From contig JBIOIC010000001.1 in assembly GCA_044449625.1 (NCBI GenBank), positions 1 through 28,323 on the forward strand: a DNA stretch of 28,323 nt, written 5' to 3'. Of this stretch, positions 8,144 through 16,898 are shown in pieces (positions within the stretch are counted from its first letter, which is position 1; each line of letters begins with the position of its first letter). The notes under the pieces were generated by a model. It searched no databases, was not told the DNA's origin, and saw only the letters and a list, made by a program, of their open reading frames with translations. This DNA comes from Gemmatimonadales bacterium (GTDB lineage: Bacteria > Gemmatimonadota > Gemmatimonadetes > Gemmatimonadales > GWC2-71-9). The position numbers and the translations under genes were made by a program.

Positions 8144-8406
8144 GTTTCGCCGAAGCCTCGGGCCACGAGTTCGAGCAGTGCCGTGACCGCCGCCTCTTCA
8201 TCGGGTCCGGTGGCGGTGATCGTCAGCGTGCTCCCGGATTCTGCCGCGAGCATCATCACCCCCATGATGCTCTTGCCATTGACGGTGAGATCGTCCTTCG
8301 ACACCTCGATCTCCGCCTGAAAACCGCTGGCGATCCGGACGAACTGCGCCGCCGGGCGGGCGTGCAGGCCGAGCGGATTCACGATCGGCGCCTGCCGGGC
8401 GATCAC
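8140..8406 (-). CDS. ptsH: HPr phosphocarrier protein
   Basis: NPLGLHARPAA (His15) and NGKSIMGVMMLAA (regulatory Ser46). GTG at 8406 overlaps the IID stop. 88 aa. Confidence 0.97.
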   Translation of the reverse strand: MIARQAPIVNPLGLHARPAAQFVRIASGFQAEIEVSKDDLTVNGKSIMGVMMLAAESGSTLTITATGPDEEAAVTALLELVARGFGET

Positions 8407-9137
8407 CGCAGCACCAGCCGAACGACCAGCGTCGCGACCAGCGCAGCGAGCCCGAACCGGATCCCCGTTGTCCGCGGCCCCAACCACTGCCCCGCCGCGA
8501 TCCCCGCCGCGGCGACGAGCACCGTGAGGCCAGCCGCGAACGCCCGTGGCGCGCCGAGGCCGGCGCGGATGACCAGCGGGACCGCCGCTCCCACAGCCAG
8601 CGCCGCGGCAAGTCCGAGTGGATTGACCAGCGGACGAAGGCGGGTGCGCTGCAGCGCGACGCCGACCTGCATCCCGGAGCGGAGTCCGGTGCGGAGCGCC
8701 CAGCGGGTCACGTAGAGGCGGGTCGCCAGCATGGCGGTGACGGCGGCACCGGGCGCCCACCACCCCGCGCCGAGCGCCACCGCGATCAGCGCGGCCCCGA
8801 TCGCCGCCGGCCACGCCCCCGCCCAGAAGAGTTGGTCACCCAGGGCGCCAAGAGGGCTGCAGAGCGCCGCGCGGAGCCGTTCGATCTGCCCCCCCGGGAT
8901 TCCGTCATACTCGGCCCGGACCTCGGCACCGACGGCGACACCGGCGAGATAAGGATGCGAATTGAAGAACCCCGCCGCCCGATGCAAGGCATCAGCGTGG
9001 CGGGCCGGATCGCTCCGATCGAGATCCTGAAGGAGCGGCTCCGCCGCGTGGCCGAGCCCGAGCCCGCTCATCCGTTCGTAATTCCAGCTCGCCTGGACCA
9101 CCAGGAGCCGGGCCAAGGTGCGGATCTCCGGCTTCAT
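8403..9137 (-). CDS. PTS mannose/fructose/sorbose family IID component
   Basis: QASWNYERMSG, FFNSHPY, LCSPLGALGDQLFWAG. ATG at 9137 overlaps the IIC stop. Confidence 0.92.
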   Translation of the reverse strand: MKPEIRTLARLLVVQASWNYERMSGLGLGHAAEPLLQDLDRSDPARHADALHRAAGFFNSHPYLAGVAVGAEVRAEYDGIPGGQIERLRAALCSPLGALGDQLFWAGAWPAAIGAALIAVALGAGWWAPGAAVTAMLATRLYVTRWALRTGLRSGMQVGVALQRTRLRPLVNPLGLAAALAVGAAVPLVIRAGLGAPRAFAAGLTVLVAAAGIAAGQWLGPRTTGIRFGLAALVATLVVRLVLR

Positions 9138-9805
9138 CCGAGCACCGCCCAGAGGGTGCCGGCCGCGAGGCCCGCGCCGAGCGCCGCGAGCCGACGTCCC
9201 CGTCCCGCATTGCGGATCGCGCCATTCAAGGCGGCGCCACCGGCGGCACCGAGCGCGACGGCGTTGAGCGACGGATTCCAGCTCGGAGGAAAGGGCCCCA
9301 CGAATCGCACCGCGAACCCGAGTCCGAGACCGATGGTCGTGAGCACGGCGCTTCGGGCCAGATCGCTCCGGAAGCCCGCCGCCTGCAGCCGCCCGAGGAT
9401 CCCCGGTTCCAGCGCCTGCAATGCGGCCGAAGCCCGAGCGACCCGCGTCGCCCCCGCGCGCCGCATCCAGCGGAGACTCCACCCGCCGGCCAGTGCGGCC
9501 AGGAGTCCGACCAGGACGCCACGCCAGAGTTCATGGGGACCGGCAATGGCGACCGCGAGCACCGCCCCGACGGTGCCGGGGCCGTGATCGGGATAGCGCG
9601 CGGCGCCGACCGGGAGCACTTCGAGCGCGAAGAGCTCAAGAACGCTGCCGACCAGGAGGCCAGACCAGGGATCGCCGAGGAGGAGCCCGGCGGCGGTGCC
9701 CACCACGAGCGGCCGATTCAGCAGGACTTGCGGGCCGCTCGAGAGATCGAGCCCGGCGACGGTCCCCGCACCCAGGAGCAGGGCGACAGTCGAGGCGTGG
9801 ATCAC
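9134..9805 (-). CDS. PTS mannose/fructose/sorbose family IIC component
   Basis: RPLVVGTAAGLLLGDPWSGLLVGSVLELFALEVLPVGAARYPD matches the ManY-type 'RPLV..G..LGD...GL..G..LEL...GAA..PD' pattern. GTG at 9805 overlaps the IIB stop. Confidence 0.9.
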   Translation of the reverse strand: MIHASTVALLLGAGTVAGLDLSSGPQVLLNRPLVVGTAAGLLLGDPWSGLLVGSVLELFALEVLPVGAARYPDHGPGTVGAVLAVAIAGPHELWRGVLVGLLAALAGGWSLRWMRRAGATRVARASAALQALEPGILGRLQAAGFRSDLARSAVLTTIGLGLGFAVRFVGPFPPSWNPSLNAVALGAAGGAALNGAIRNAGRGRRLAALGAGLAAGTLWAVLG

Positions 9806-10275
9806 GCGAGACTCCCCAGGGCGATGGCCGGCGCTGTGGGAACATCCTGCGCCGCCACAGTGACGCCCAGCGCCTCCAACCGGCGCAGATCGGCGAGGTC
9901 TGCCGCGTTCAGGAAAAGATAGGGAAGACGCTCGCTCCGGCCCGGACCGGAATGGATGCCGCCGAGGTTGACCTTCGGGATGGCGAAGCCCGCTTCCCGA
10001 AGGGCCCGCATCGTCGCAATATCGCCGGTGAGGAGGATGCCGGCCCCACCGCGCCGCGCCCATTCCGGCGCCCGCCGCACCGCTTCGGCCACGTCGCAGA
10101 ACTCAAGATCGATCTCGGCGGGAACGCCCATCCGGTAGAGCTCCTGTTCCCACTCGCTCGCAGCCAGCGCCGGATCGACCACCACGACAAAGCCGAGGCC
10201 CAGGGGGCGGCCCCAGCCGATGACCACCTGGCCGTGGACCAGCCGATCGTCCACCCGGAAGAGGGCGATCGGCAT
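9802..10275 (-). CDS. PTS mannose/fructose/sorbose family IIB component
   Basis: RVDDRLVHGQV (phospho-His), VNLGG, QDVP. Confidence 0.96.
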   Translation of the reverse strand: MPIALFRVDDRLVHGQVVIGWGRPLGLGFVVVVDPALAASEWEQELYRMGVPAEIDLEFCDVAEAVRRAPEWARRGGAGILLTGDIATMRALREAGFAIPKVNLGGIHSGPGRSERLPYLFLNAADLADLRRLEALGVTVAAQDVPTAPAIALGSLA

Positions 10276-10649
10276 CAGGGGACCTTGATCGCCCGGGTCC
10301 CCGCGTCGCGGGCGCGTTCGGCCGCGGCCGCGGGGGAAAGTTCACGGTGGAAGACGAAGTCGACAAGCATCGCGAGGTTGACGCCGGTCACCACCTTGAC
10401 GACGGGATCCTCGTGGTACCGATGGAGGGCGGCGAAGAGACAGGAACCGCTGGGAAGGTCGACGAAGAGCACAGCGGGACCGGGGCCGATCGCTTCGGCG
10501 ATCCGCGTCTCGAGCCGGCCGCGGTCGCAATCGGTGTTGGAGACGGCGCGGAGGACCCCGGGGACGCCGCTGATCGCCTCCGTCGCGCGGACCAGCGCTT
10601 CGGCCAGCGATCCGTGCGCCACGACCACACCGCAGAGCGGCTCACTCAT
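10275..10649 (-). CDS. PTS mannose/fructose family IIA component
   Basis: GVVVAHGSLAEAL (phospho-His), LFVDLPSGS, VVTGVNLAML. Confidence 0.95.
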   Translation of the reverse strand: MSEPLCGVVVAHGSLAEALVRATEAISGVPGVLRAVSNTDCDRGRLETRIAEAIGPGPAVLFVDLPSGSCLFAALHRYHEDPVVKVVTGVNLAMLVDFVFHRELSPAAAAERARDAGTRAIKVP

Positions 10650-11607
10650 AGTCGTCCTGGAGGTATTCCCGCACGCCCTGGGCTTCCTTCATCTTGCGGA
10701 TGAGCTTCTCGTTGAATTTGGCGGCGACATCGACGCCGGAGAAGCGGAGCAGATGCATCATCGCGACGACTTCCGCGATGACGGTGATGTTCTTCCCCGG
10801 GTTGAGCGGCACAACGACCTTCGGAATGGCGACCTCGAGAATCGTGGTCTCTTCGCGCTGCAGCCCGGTGCGATCGAGGTTCTGGGCCTGTTCCCAGTCC
10901 TCCAGATGCACCACGACTTCGATGCGCTTCTGGGTCCGGACCGCGCGGACGCCGAAGAGCGCCGGGATGTCCACGAGCCCGACGCCACGGATCTCCATGT
11001 GGTGCCCGGCGAGCTCGTGTCCCTGCCCCATCAGCACGTCATGTCCGCGCCGCGTCACCAGCACCACGTCGTCCGCCACCAAACGATGACCCCGCTCCAC
11101 CAGATCGAGCACGCACTCGCTCTTGCCGATCCCCGAACGCCCGGTAAAAAGGAGGCCGACGCCGTAGACATCCACCAGCGAACCGTGGAGGCTGGTGCGC
11201 TGCGCGAAGGCCGCCTCCAGGATCGGCTTGATGCGGCGGTAGAACTCCCCCGTCTTCAGCCGGCTGCGGAGCACTGGAGTCCCGGTAGCCCGGGCCGCTT
11301 CCAGCAACTCGGGGGGAACCTCCTGCCCCTTGGTGACGAAGACGCAGGGGAGCTCGAAGCCGAAAAAGGCGAGGATGATCCTCCGGCGCTGCTCGGGCTC
11401 CAGCGAGAGCAGGAAGGTGATCTCCGTCTCGCCCAGCACATGCAATCGGCGAGGTTGGAATCGTTCGGTGTAGCCGGCCAGCACCAGACCGGGACTCCCG
11501 ACCTCCTCGTCGGGCACGAAGCGCTCCAGGCCATTCTCCCCGGTCAGGGATTCGAGCTGGAGTGGATCACCCTTACGGGCCAGGAGGTCCTTGATACGGA
11601 GAGTCAC
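10642..11607 (-). CDS. hprK: HPr(Ser) kinase/phosphorylase
   Basis: LHGSLVDVYGVGLLFTGRSGIGKSECVLDLVERGHRLVADD, MEIRGVGLVDI, PLNPGKNITVIAEVVAM. Confidence 0.98.
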   Translation of the reverse strand: MTLRIKDLLARKGDPLQLESLTGENGLERFVPDEEVGSPGLVLAGYTERFQPRRLHVLGETEITFLLSLEPEQRRRIILAFFGFELPCVFVTKGQEVPPELLEAARATGTPVLRSRLKTGEFYRRIKPILEAAFAQRTSLHGSLVDVYGVGLLFTGRSGIGKSECVLDLVERGHRLVADDVVLVTRRGHDVLMGQGHELAGHHMEIRGVGLVDIPALFGVRAVRTQKRIEVVVHLEDWEQAQNLDRTGLQREETTILEVAIPKVVVPLNPGKNITVIAEVVAMMHLLRFSGVDVAAKFNEKLIRKMKEAQGVREYLQDDYE

Positions 11608-11918
11608 GCCTCGGGGATCCCCGCCGGCTTCTGCCGCGAGGGGTGCGGGTGGCGTCGCTCCAACTGGCGCTTGATCCGCTCCTCCGCCCGATCGAGCGCG
11701 CTCCGATGATCTGCGCCTTCACCGGTCGCCACGAAGACCTCGCCGTGCGAGATGTGCAGCTTCAGCTCGACGGTCTGGTCGAGCCGCTCCACATCAAAGA
11801 TGACGCTGCATTCCAGGGGGCGGCTGGCGTGCCGCGCCAGGCGGTCACAGACCGCAAGGGCGCGTTCGCGCAGGGCCTCGGGGATCTCACAGTGACGGGC
11901 AGTGATCGTGGTCTGCAT
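11604..11918 (-). CDS. hpf: Ribosome hibernation promoting factor / RaiA, short form
   Basis: MQTTITARHCEIPEALRERA...ATGEGADHRSALDRAEERIKRQLER fits the HPF/YfiA N-domain. SD GGAGGGG precedes ATG 11918. Sits at its usual position upstream of hprK. Confidence 0.88.
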   Translation of the reverse strand: MQTTITARHCEIPEALRERALAVCDRLARHASRPLECSVIFDVERLDQTVELKLHISHGEVFVATGEGADHRSALDRAEERIKRQLERRHPHPSRQKPAGIPEA

Positions 11919-11934
11919 GGCCCCTCCATTGAGG

Positions 11935-13056
11935 TCAGCCGCCGGAATGCGCGGCGATGAGGGAACTGAGGTGGGCTGCTGTCCTGTCGGCCGCGCGCTC
12001 CCACGAATGCGCCTCGGCGAAGATCCGCGCCTGACGTCCGAGGCGCTCGACCAGCGCCGGGTCGGCCGCCAGCGCCAGGTAACGCTCCGCCAGCGCAGGG
12101 GCATCACCGTGGGGGACCAGAAAGCCGGTCTCCCCGTTCCGCACCGAATCGCGGAGACCGGGGGAATCCGACGCGAGTGACGGAGTCCCGCAGGCGGCCG
12201 CCTCCACGTTGGTGATTCCCCACCCTTCCTTGGGCGACGGGAAGACGTTGGCCCAGGCGCTCCGCAGGAAGTGGAGCTTCTCCCCTTCGCTTACCCGGCC
12301 GTGGAACCGGACCGCGTCACCCAAGCCAAGGTCCCGGGCCAGCCGCTCCAGGCGGGGACGGTCGTCCCCTGAACCTACCACCTCCAGGCGGAGGTCGGAA
12401 CGCTCCGCCCGGGCGAGCGCCAGGGCCCGCAGGGCGGTCTCCACTCCTTTATATCGCTTGAGCCGGCCGAGGAAGAGGAAACTGGGGGCGGGGGTCCGTC
12501 CCACCGCCGGATCGGGGGAGAATCGCCGGGCATCGACTCCGGGGTGGATCACCTCGATGCGGGAAGCGGGCACTCCCCGGTGGATCAGGTCGTCGCGGGT
12601 ACTCTCGCTGATGGCGTGGAAGCCGGAGCGCCGATAGGCCCAGGGGATCGGTCGCTCGGCCAACCAGACGATCGCGGCCGAGATCGGGTCGGCCTCCTGG
12701 AACGCCGTTACCCCGAAGAGATGCGGTACCAGGGCGCAGTGCGCCGCGCCGGTCAGTCGGGCGGTGAAGAGCGGAAGCTTGTTGATGTCTTCGACGACGA
12801 TGTCGGGGCACTCGGAGCGGAGCGCCCGCCGCACGGCGCCGCGCCCCAGCAGCGCGAAGGTGTGGCGACCCCCGGTCCGGTGGATCTCGATCCCGTCGAT
12901 CAGCGCGGTCGGCGCCGCTCCCGGCCAGCCGGAGCAGACCAGCCGGACGCGGTGACCCCGCTGGACCAGGCGTCCGAAGATCTCGAAGAGATGGATCTCG
13001 GCCCCGCCGGCGTGCGGGTTCTCCGGATCGTTCCAGTTGACGAGCAGGATGTTCAC
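11935..13056 (-). CDS. Glycosyltransferase family 4 (GT-B) protein
   Basis: NWNDPENPHAGGAEIH, FLGRLKRYKG, PSPKEGWGITNVEAAACGTPSLASDSPGLRDSVRNGETGFLV. GTG at 13056 overlaps the nusB stop. Confidence 0.93.
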   Translation of the reverse strand: MNILLVNWNDPENPHAGGAEIHLFEIFGRLVQRGHRVRLVCSGWPGAAPTALIDGIEIHRTGGRHTFALLGRGAVRRALRSECPDIVVEDINKLPLFTARLTGAAHCALVPHLFGVTAFQEADPISAAIVWLAERPIPWAYRRSGFHAISESTRDDLIHRGVPASRIEVIHPGVDARRFSPDPAVGRTPAPSFLFLGRLKRYKGVETALRALALARAERSDLRLEVVGSGDDRPRLERLARDLGLGDAVRFHGRVSEGEKLHFLRSAWANVFPSPKEGWGITNVEAAACGTPSLASDSPGLRDSVRNGETGFLVPHGDAPALAERYLALAADPALVERLGRQARIFAEAHSWERAADRTAAHLSSLIAAHSGG

Positions 13057-13475
13057 AGCCGGCCGAGGGTGCGGGCCACCCGGTCGAGGATGCCGTTGAC
13101 GAAGGCGGCCGACTTGGCGCCCCCGAAGAGCTGGGCCAGATGGATGGCTTCGTTGATCGCCACTTTGGGGGGAACGACGTTCCCCTTGAGTTCGTACACC
13201 GCGATACGGAGGACATTCCGCTCCACGACGCCGATCCGCTCCCAGCGCCAGTGCTCCGCCGCGGCGGATGCCTCCCGATCGAGCGCCGCCATATCGGCCA
13301 GGATGGCCTGGGCCAGTATCTCCGCCGGCGCAAGTTGGTCGATCATCTCGGCGGGGTGCTCGGCCAGACGGACCAATCCGGAGCCGACGGCGGGCACGGT
13401 CCCGCCGCCTCCCACTTCCCAGGCGTACAGAAGCTGCAGCGCTCGGGCGCGGTGCTTGCTCTCCGGGCGCCTCAT
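13053..13475 (-). CDS. nusB: Transcription antitermination factor NusB
   Basis: RARALQLLYAWE, WERIGVVERNVLRIAVYEL, VPPKVAINEAIHLAQLFGGAKSAAFVNGILD. ATG 13475 (TGATG overlap with ribH); alternative TTG at 13478. Confidence 0.96.
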   Translation of the reverse strand: MRRPESKHRARALQLLYAWEVGGGGTVPAVGSGLVRLAEHPAEMIDQLAPAEILAQAILADMAALDREASAAAEHWRWERIGVVERNVLRIAVYELKGNVVPPKVAINEAIHLAQLFGGAKSAAFVNGILDRVARTLGRL

Positions 13476-13942
13476 CAACGGTCCCGAAGCTGCGCGAGCA
13501 GATCGGCGGTGCGGAGCGCGGCCTCGGCCGCCTCGTAGCCCTTGTTCCCCGCACTGCCGCCGGCCCGCGCGAGCGCCTGCTCCAGGTCGTCGGTGGTGAG
13601 GAGACCGAAACCAACCGGCCGCCCCGTCTCCAGCGCGACGGCACCGAGCGCCCGGCTTGCTTCAGCGGCCACAAAGTCGAAATGCGGGGTCTCGCCGCGG
13701 ATCACGGCACCGAGCGCCACCACGCAGGCGTAGTGTCCGGAGCGGGCGGCGACCGCGGCGGCGACGCCGAGCTCGAACGCGCCGGGGACCCAGGCCACGT
13801 CCACCGCATCATCGGCGATCCTGGCCGCGCGACAGCAGGCGCGGGCCCCGTCGAGCAGCTTCGTGGTGACGAGCTCGTTGTAGCGGCTCACGACGATCGC
13901 CACCCGCCCGATGGGGCGGAGCTGGCCTTCCATATCGGTCAC
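13475..13942 (-). CDS. ribH: 6,7-dimethyl-8-ribityllumazine synthase
   Basis: VAIVVSRYNELVT..LLDGA, VPGAFEL, LGAVIRGETPHFDFV, GNKGYEAAEAAL. Confidence 0.97.
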   Translation of the reverse strand: MTDMEGQLRPIGRVAIVVSRYNELVTTKLLDGARACCRAARIADDAVDVAWVPGAFELGVAAAVAARSGHYACVVALGAVIRGETPHFDFVAAEASRALGAVALETGRPVGFGLLTTDDLEQALARAGGSAGNKGYEAAEAALRTADLLAQLRDR

Positions 13943-13946
13943 GGCA

Positions 13947-15152
13947 TCACTGGGGAAGGAGGTGCCCGAGCTTGTCGCGCTTCACGGCGAGATAGGCGCT
14001 GTTCTCGGATGTTGGATCGGACTGCAGCGGGACGCGCTCGGTGATCTCAAGCCCGTAACCTTCGAGACCCACAAGCTTCCGGGGATTGTTGGTCATGATC
14101 CGGATGGAGGAGAGGCCAAGGTCGCGGAGGATCTGCGCCCCGATGCCGTAGTTCCGGAGGTCGGGAGCGAAGCCGAGCCGCTGGTTGGCCTGAACGGTAT
14201 CGGCGCCCTGATCCTGGAGCGCGTAGGCGCGGAGTTTGTTCAGGAGTCCGATCCCCCGCCCTTCCTGGTCGAGATAGACGATGACCCCGCGCCCTTCGCG
14301 GACGATGTGGTCCATCGCGGCGTGAAGCTGGGGACCGCAGTCGCAGCGGGACGAATGAAAGACATCCCCGGTGAGGCACTTGGAGTGCATCCGGACCAGG
14401 ATCTCCCGCTCTCCCTGCACGTCGCCGTGCACCAGGGCGACGTGTTCCGCGTCGTCCACGTCGTTCCGATAGCCGATGATCCGGAACTCGCCGAACTCGG
14501 TGGGGAGCCGCGCCTCCGCTACCCGGTGCACCAGCTGCTCGGTACGCAGGCGGTACGCCACGAGCTGGGCAGTGGTCACGAAGGTGAGGCTGTGCTCCCG
14601 CGCGAACGATTCGAGCTCCGGGCGCCGCGCCATCGTGCCGTCGGAGTTCATGATCTCGCAGATGACGCCGGCGGGATAGAGCCCGGCCAGGCGCGCCAGA
14701 TCGACGCTCGCCTCGGTGTGACCGACGCGCTGCAATACCCCGCCCGGCCGGGCGCGGAGGGGAAAGACGTGTCCCGGACGGCGGAGGTCGCTCGGGACGG
14801 TGGCGGGGTTGATGGCGACGTGGATGGTGGCGGCGCGATCGGCGGCGGAGATCCCGGTGCCGACGCCGAAGCGCCGGTCGGCATCCACGCTCACGGTAAA
14901 GGCAGTGCCGAGCTCCTCGGTATTCTTGACGGTCATCTGCGGCAGGCCCAGCTGCTCGCAGCGCTCCGCGGTCAAGGCGAGGCAGATGAGACCACGCCCG
15001 TGGGTCGCCATGAAATTGACGGTCTCGGGCGTGACGAGCTCCGCGGCGCAGAGGAGGTCGCCCTCGTTCTCACGCTCGTTGTCGTCCGCCACGATGACGA
15101 TCCTGCCGTTGCGCAGGTCCTCAATCGCTTGTTCGATGGTGCCGAAAGTCAT
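13947..15152 (-). CDS. ribBA: Bifunctional 3,4-dihydroxy-2-butanone-4-phosphate synthase / GTP cyclohydrolase II
   Basis: RENEGDL, RPGHVFPL, RVGHTEASVDL; RMHSKCLTGDVFHSSRCDCG (Zn ligands intact), QEGRGIGLLNKLRAY, TNNPRK. Confidence 0.98.
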   Translation of the reverse strand: MTFGTIEQAIEDLRNGRIVIVADDNERENEGDLLCAAELVTPETVNFMATHGRGLICLALTAERCEQLGLPQMTVKNTEELGTAFTVSVDADRRFGVGTGISAADRAATIHVAINPATVPSDLRRPGHVFPLRARPGGVLQRVGHTEASVDLARLAGLYPAGVICEIMNSDGTMARRPELESFAREHSLTFVTTAQLVAYRLRTEQLVHRVAEARLPTEFGEFRIIGYRNDVDDAEHVALVHGDVQGEREILVRMHSKCLTGDVFHSSRCDCGPQLHAAMDHIVREGRGVIVYLDQEGRGIGLLNKLRAYALQDQGADTVQANQRLGFAPDLRNYGIGAQILRDLGLSSIRIMTNNPRKLVGLEGYGLEITERVPLQSDPTSENSAYLAVKRDKLGHLLPQ

Positions 15153-15171
15153 TGCCGGTCTCAGATTCAGG

Positions 15172-15206
15172 TCACGGGTGACGCGTAACGCGTGACGGGT
15201 AACGCG
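15172..15206 (+). repeat. Heptamer tandem array, 5 units
   Basis: TCACGGG TGACGCG TAACGCG TGACGGG TAACGCG, lying 3 nt beyond the ribE stop in the ribE-ribBA spacer. Confidence 0.8.
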
Positions 15207-15209
15207 AGA

Positions 15210-15821
15210 TCACCCTGCGACCGGTGACCGCTGCCCTGTCCCCTTCAATAATGCCGCCACGTACTTCCCGATCAGGTCACCCTCCAGCTGCACCGCGTCG
15301 CCCGTCACCCGCTCGCCCAGCGTCGTCTTCCGCAGCGTCTCGGGGATGAGCGCCACCTGGACCACATTCGGCGCCGGGATCGCGTTCACCGTGAGACTCA
15401 CCCCGTCCACGGTGATCGAGCCGAGCGGGAGGGAGACGGCGGCGACGGCGGGCGGCACGCTGATGTCAATGAGCCGCGCGTCCTCGCGCACCCTTACCCC
15501 GACCACCCGCCCCACGCCGTCCACATGTCCCTGCACCAGATGCCCGCCGAGCCGGTCGCCGGCGCGCACCGCCCGCTCCAGATTGACGGGACGACCCTTT
15601 CCGTAGGCGCCGAACGCGGTCCGCTCCAGGCTGGTCGCGATCACGTGGACCGTAAACCACCCCTTCCCCACCCGTTCCACTGTCAGGCAGGCCCCGTCCA
15701 CCGCGATGCTCTCACCCCGGCGCACGCCCCGAAAGGATGCCCGGAGCCGGAGGGTCAGCCCTTCCGCCGTGCGCTCGGCGGCGGCGACCTGCCCGACTGC
15801 AGCGATCAGACCGGTGAACAT
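15210..15821 (-). CDS. ribE: Riboflavin synthase
   Basis: N-terminal MFTGL, GESIAVDGACLTV, VNLERA..GDRLGGHLVQGHVDG, GSITVDGVSLTVN, LIPETL..TTLG. Confidence 0.98.
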   Translation of the reverse strand: MFTGLIAAVGQVAAAERTAEGLTLRLRASFRGVRRGESIAVDGACLTVERVGKGWFTVHVIATSLERTAFGAYGKGRPVNLERAVRAGDRLGGHLVQGHVDGVGRVVGVRVREDARLIDISVPPAVAAVSLPLGSITVDGVSLTVNAIPAPNVVQVALIPETLRKTTLGERVTGDAVQLEGDLIGKYVAALLKGTGQRSPVAG

Positions 15822-16897
15822 GGCTCTCGATCTACCACCAGTAAGGTATCCTCACCGAGGGCCCGCCGCTCGGCCACCTGCCAGCGCGGCGCGGCGCCCA
15901 ATGCAAGGTCGGGGAGTTCCGCAAAGGCCGGGATGGCGCCGGTCCCAAGCCAGAGGGGTGACTGGATCCAGTAGAGCCGGTCGACCAGACCAGCTCCGAG
16001 AAGGGCGCCGGCCAGCCGGCCTCCACCTTCCACCAATACTGAGAGAACACCCTCCTGTTCCCGCAGCCAGCGCATCCCCTTGGCCAGCGATTCAGCTCCC
16101 ACCACCGTCACCCCGCGATACTGCGCCTCCGTTCCCCGTTCCCGCACCGCCGCCGGCGCCGCGAGGACGATCGTCCGCGGGTCACTCGCGGTCTGGAGCA
16201 ATTGGAGACGCTCGTGGAGATCGAGCCCGCGATCGAAGATCACCCGGCGCGGGGCGATCCGCGGCACCACGCTCCCCCGGACCGTAAGGGCGGGGTCATC
16301 AATCCGGGCGGTCTCGCCCCCCACGGCCAGGGCATCGAATCCGGCCCGCAGCCAGTGGGCGAAGTCACGCGCCTGGGGGCCCGAGATCCACCGCGACCGG
16401 CCCGCCGCATCGGCGATCCTGCCATCGAGAGAGGTCGCGAGCTTGAGGGCGACGAAGGGGCGGGAGGCGCCGCTGAATTGATGACGGAAGAGCGCATTCT
16501 GGCGGCAGGCCTCGGCCTCGAGGACGCCGAGCTGGACATCCACGCCCCGGGCTCGGAGGAGCGGCGCGCCACCGGCGGCGACCGGATTGGGATCGGGGAG
16601 CGCCGCCACCACGCGGGTGATCCCGCTCGCGAGGATCGCCTCGGTGCACGGCGGCTGTTTCCCCTGATGGGCACACGGCTCCAGCGTCACCACGAGGGTG
16701 GCGCCGCGCGCGCGCGCTCCCGCCGAACGAAGGGCCACAACTTCCGCGTGCTCCCGGCCGAACTCCGCGTGCCAGCCCTCGCCGACTAGGTCGCCGTCCC
16801 GCAGGACGACCGCGCCGACCAGGGGGTTGGGATGCACACGCCCCCAGCCTCGCCAAGCGAGACTGAGGGCGCGCGACATCGCCTCCGCTTCATTCAC
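15806..16897 (-). CDS. ribD: Bifunctional diaminohydroxyphosphoribosylaminopyrimidine deaminase / reductase
   Basis: HPNPLVGAV, HAE, VTLEPCAHQGKQPPC, LKLATSLDGRIA, DDPALTVR, VLVEGGGRL. GTG at 16897 follows the upstream stop by 1 nt. Confidence 0.97.
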   Translation of the reverse strand: MNEAEAMSRALSLAWRGWGRVHPNPLVGAVVLRDGDLVGEGWHAEFGREHAEVVALRSAGARARGATLVVTLEPCAHQGKQPPCTEAILASGITRVVAALPDPNPVAAGGAPLLRARGVDVQLGVLEAEACRQNALFRHQFSGASRPFVALKLATSLDGRIADAAGRSRWISGPQARDFAHWLRAGFDALAVGGETARIDDPALTVRGSVVPRIAPRRVIFDRGLDLHERLQLLQTASDPRTIVLAAPAAVRERGTEAQYRGVTVVGAESLAKGMRWLREQEGVLSVLVEGGGRLAGALLGAGLVDRLYWIQSPLWLGTGAIPAFAELPDLALGAAPRWQVAERRALGEDTLLVVDREPCSPV

Positions 16898-16898
16898 G

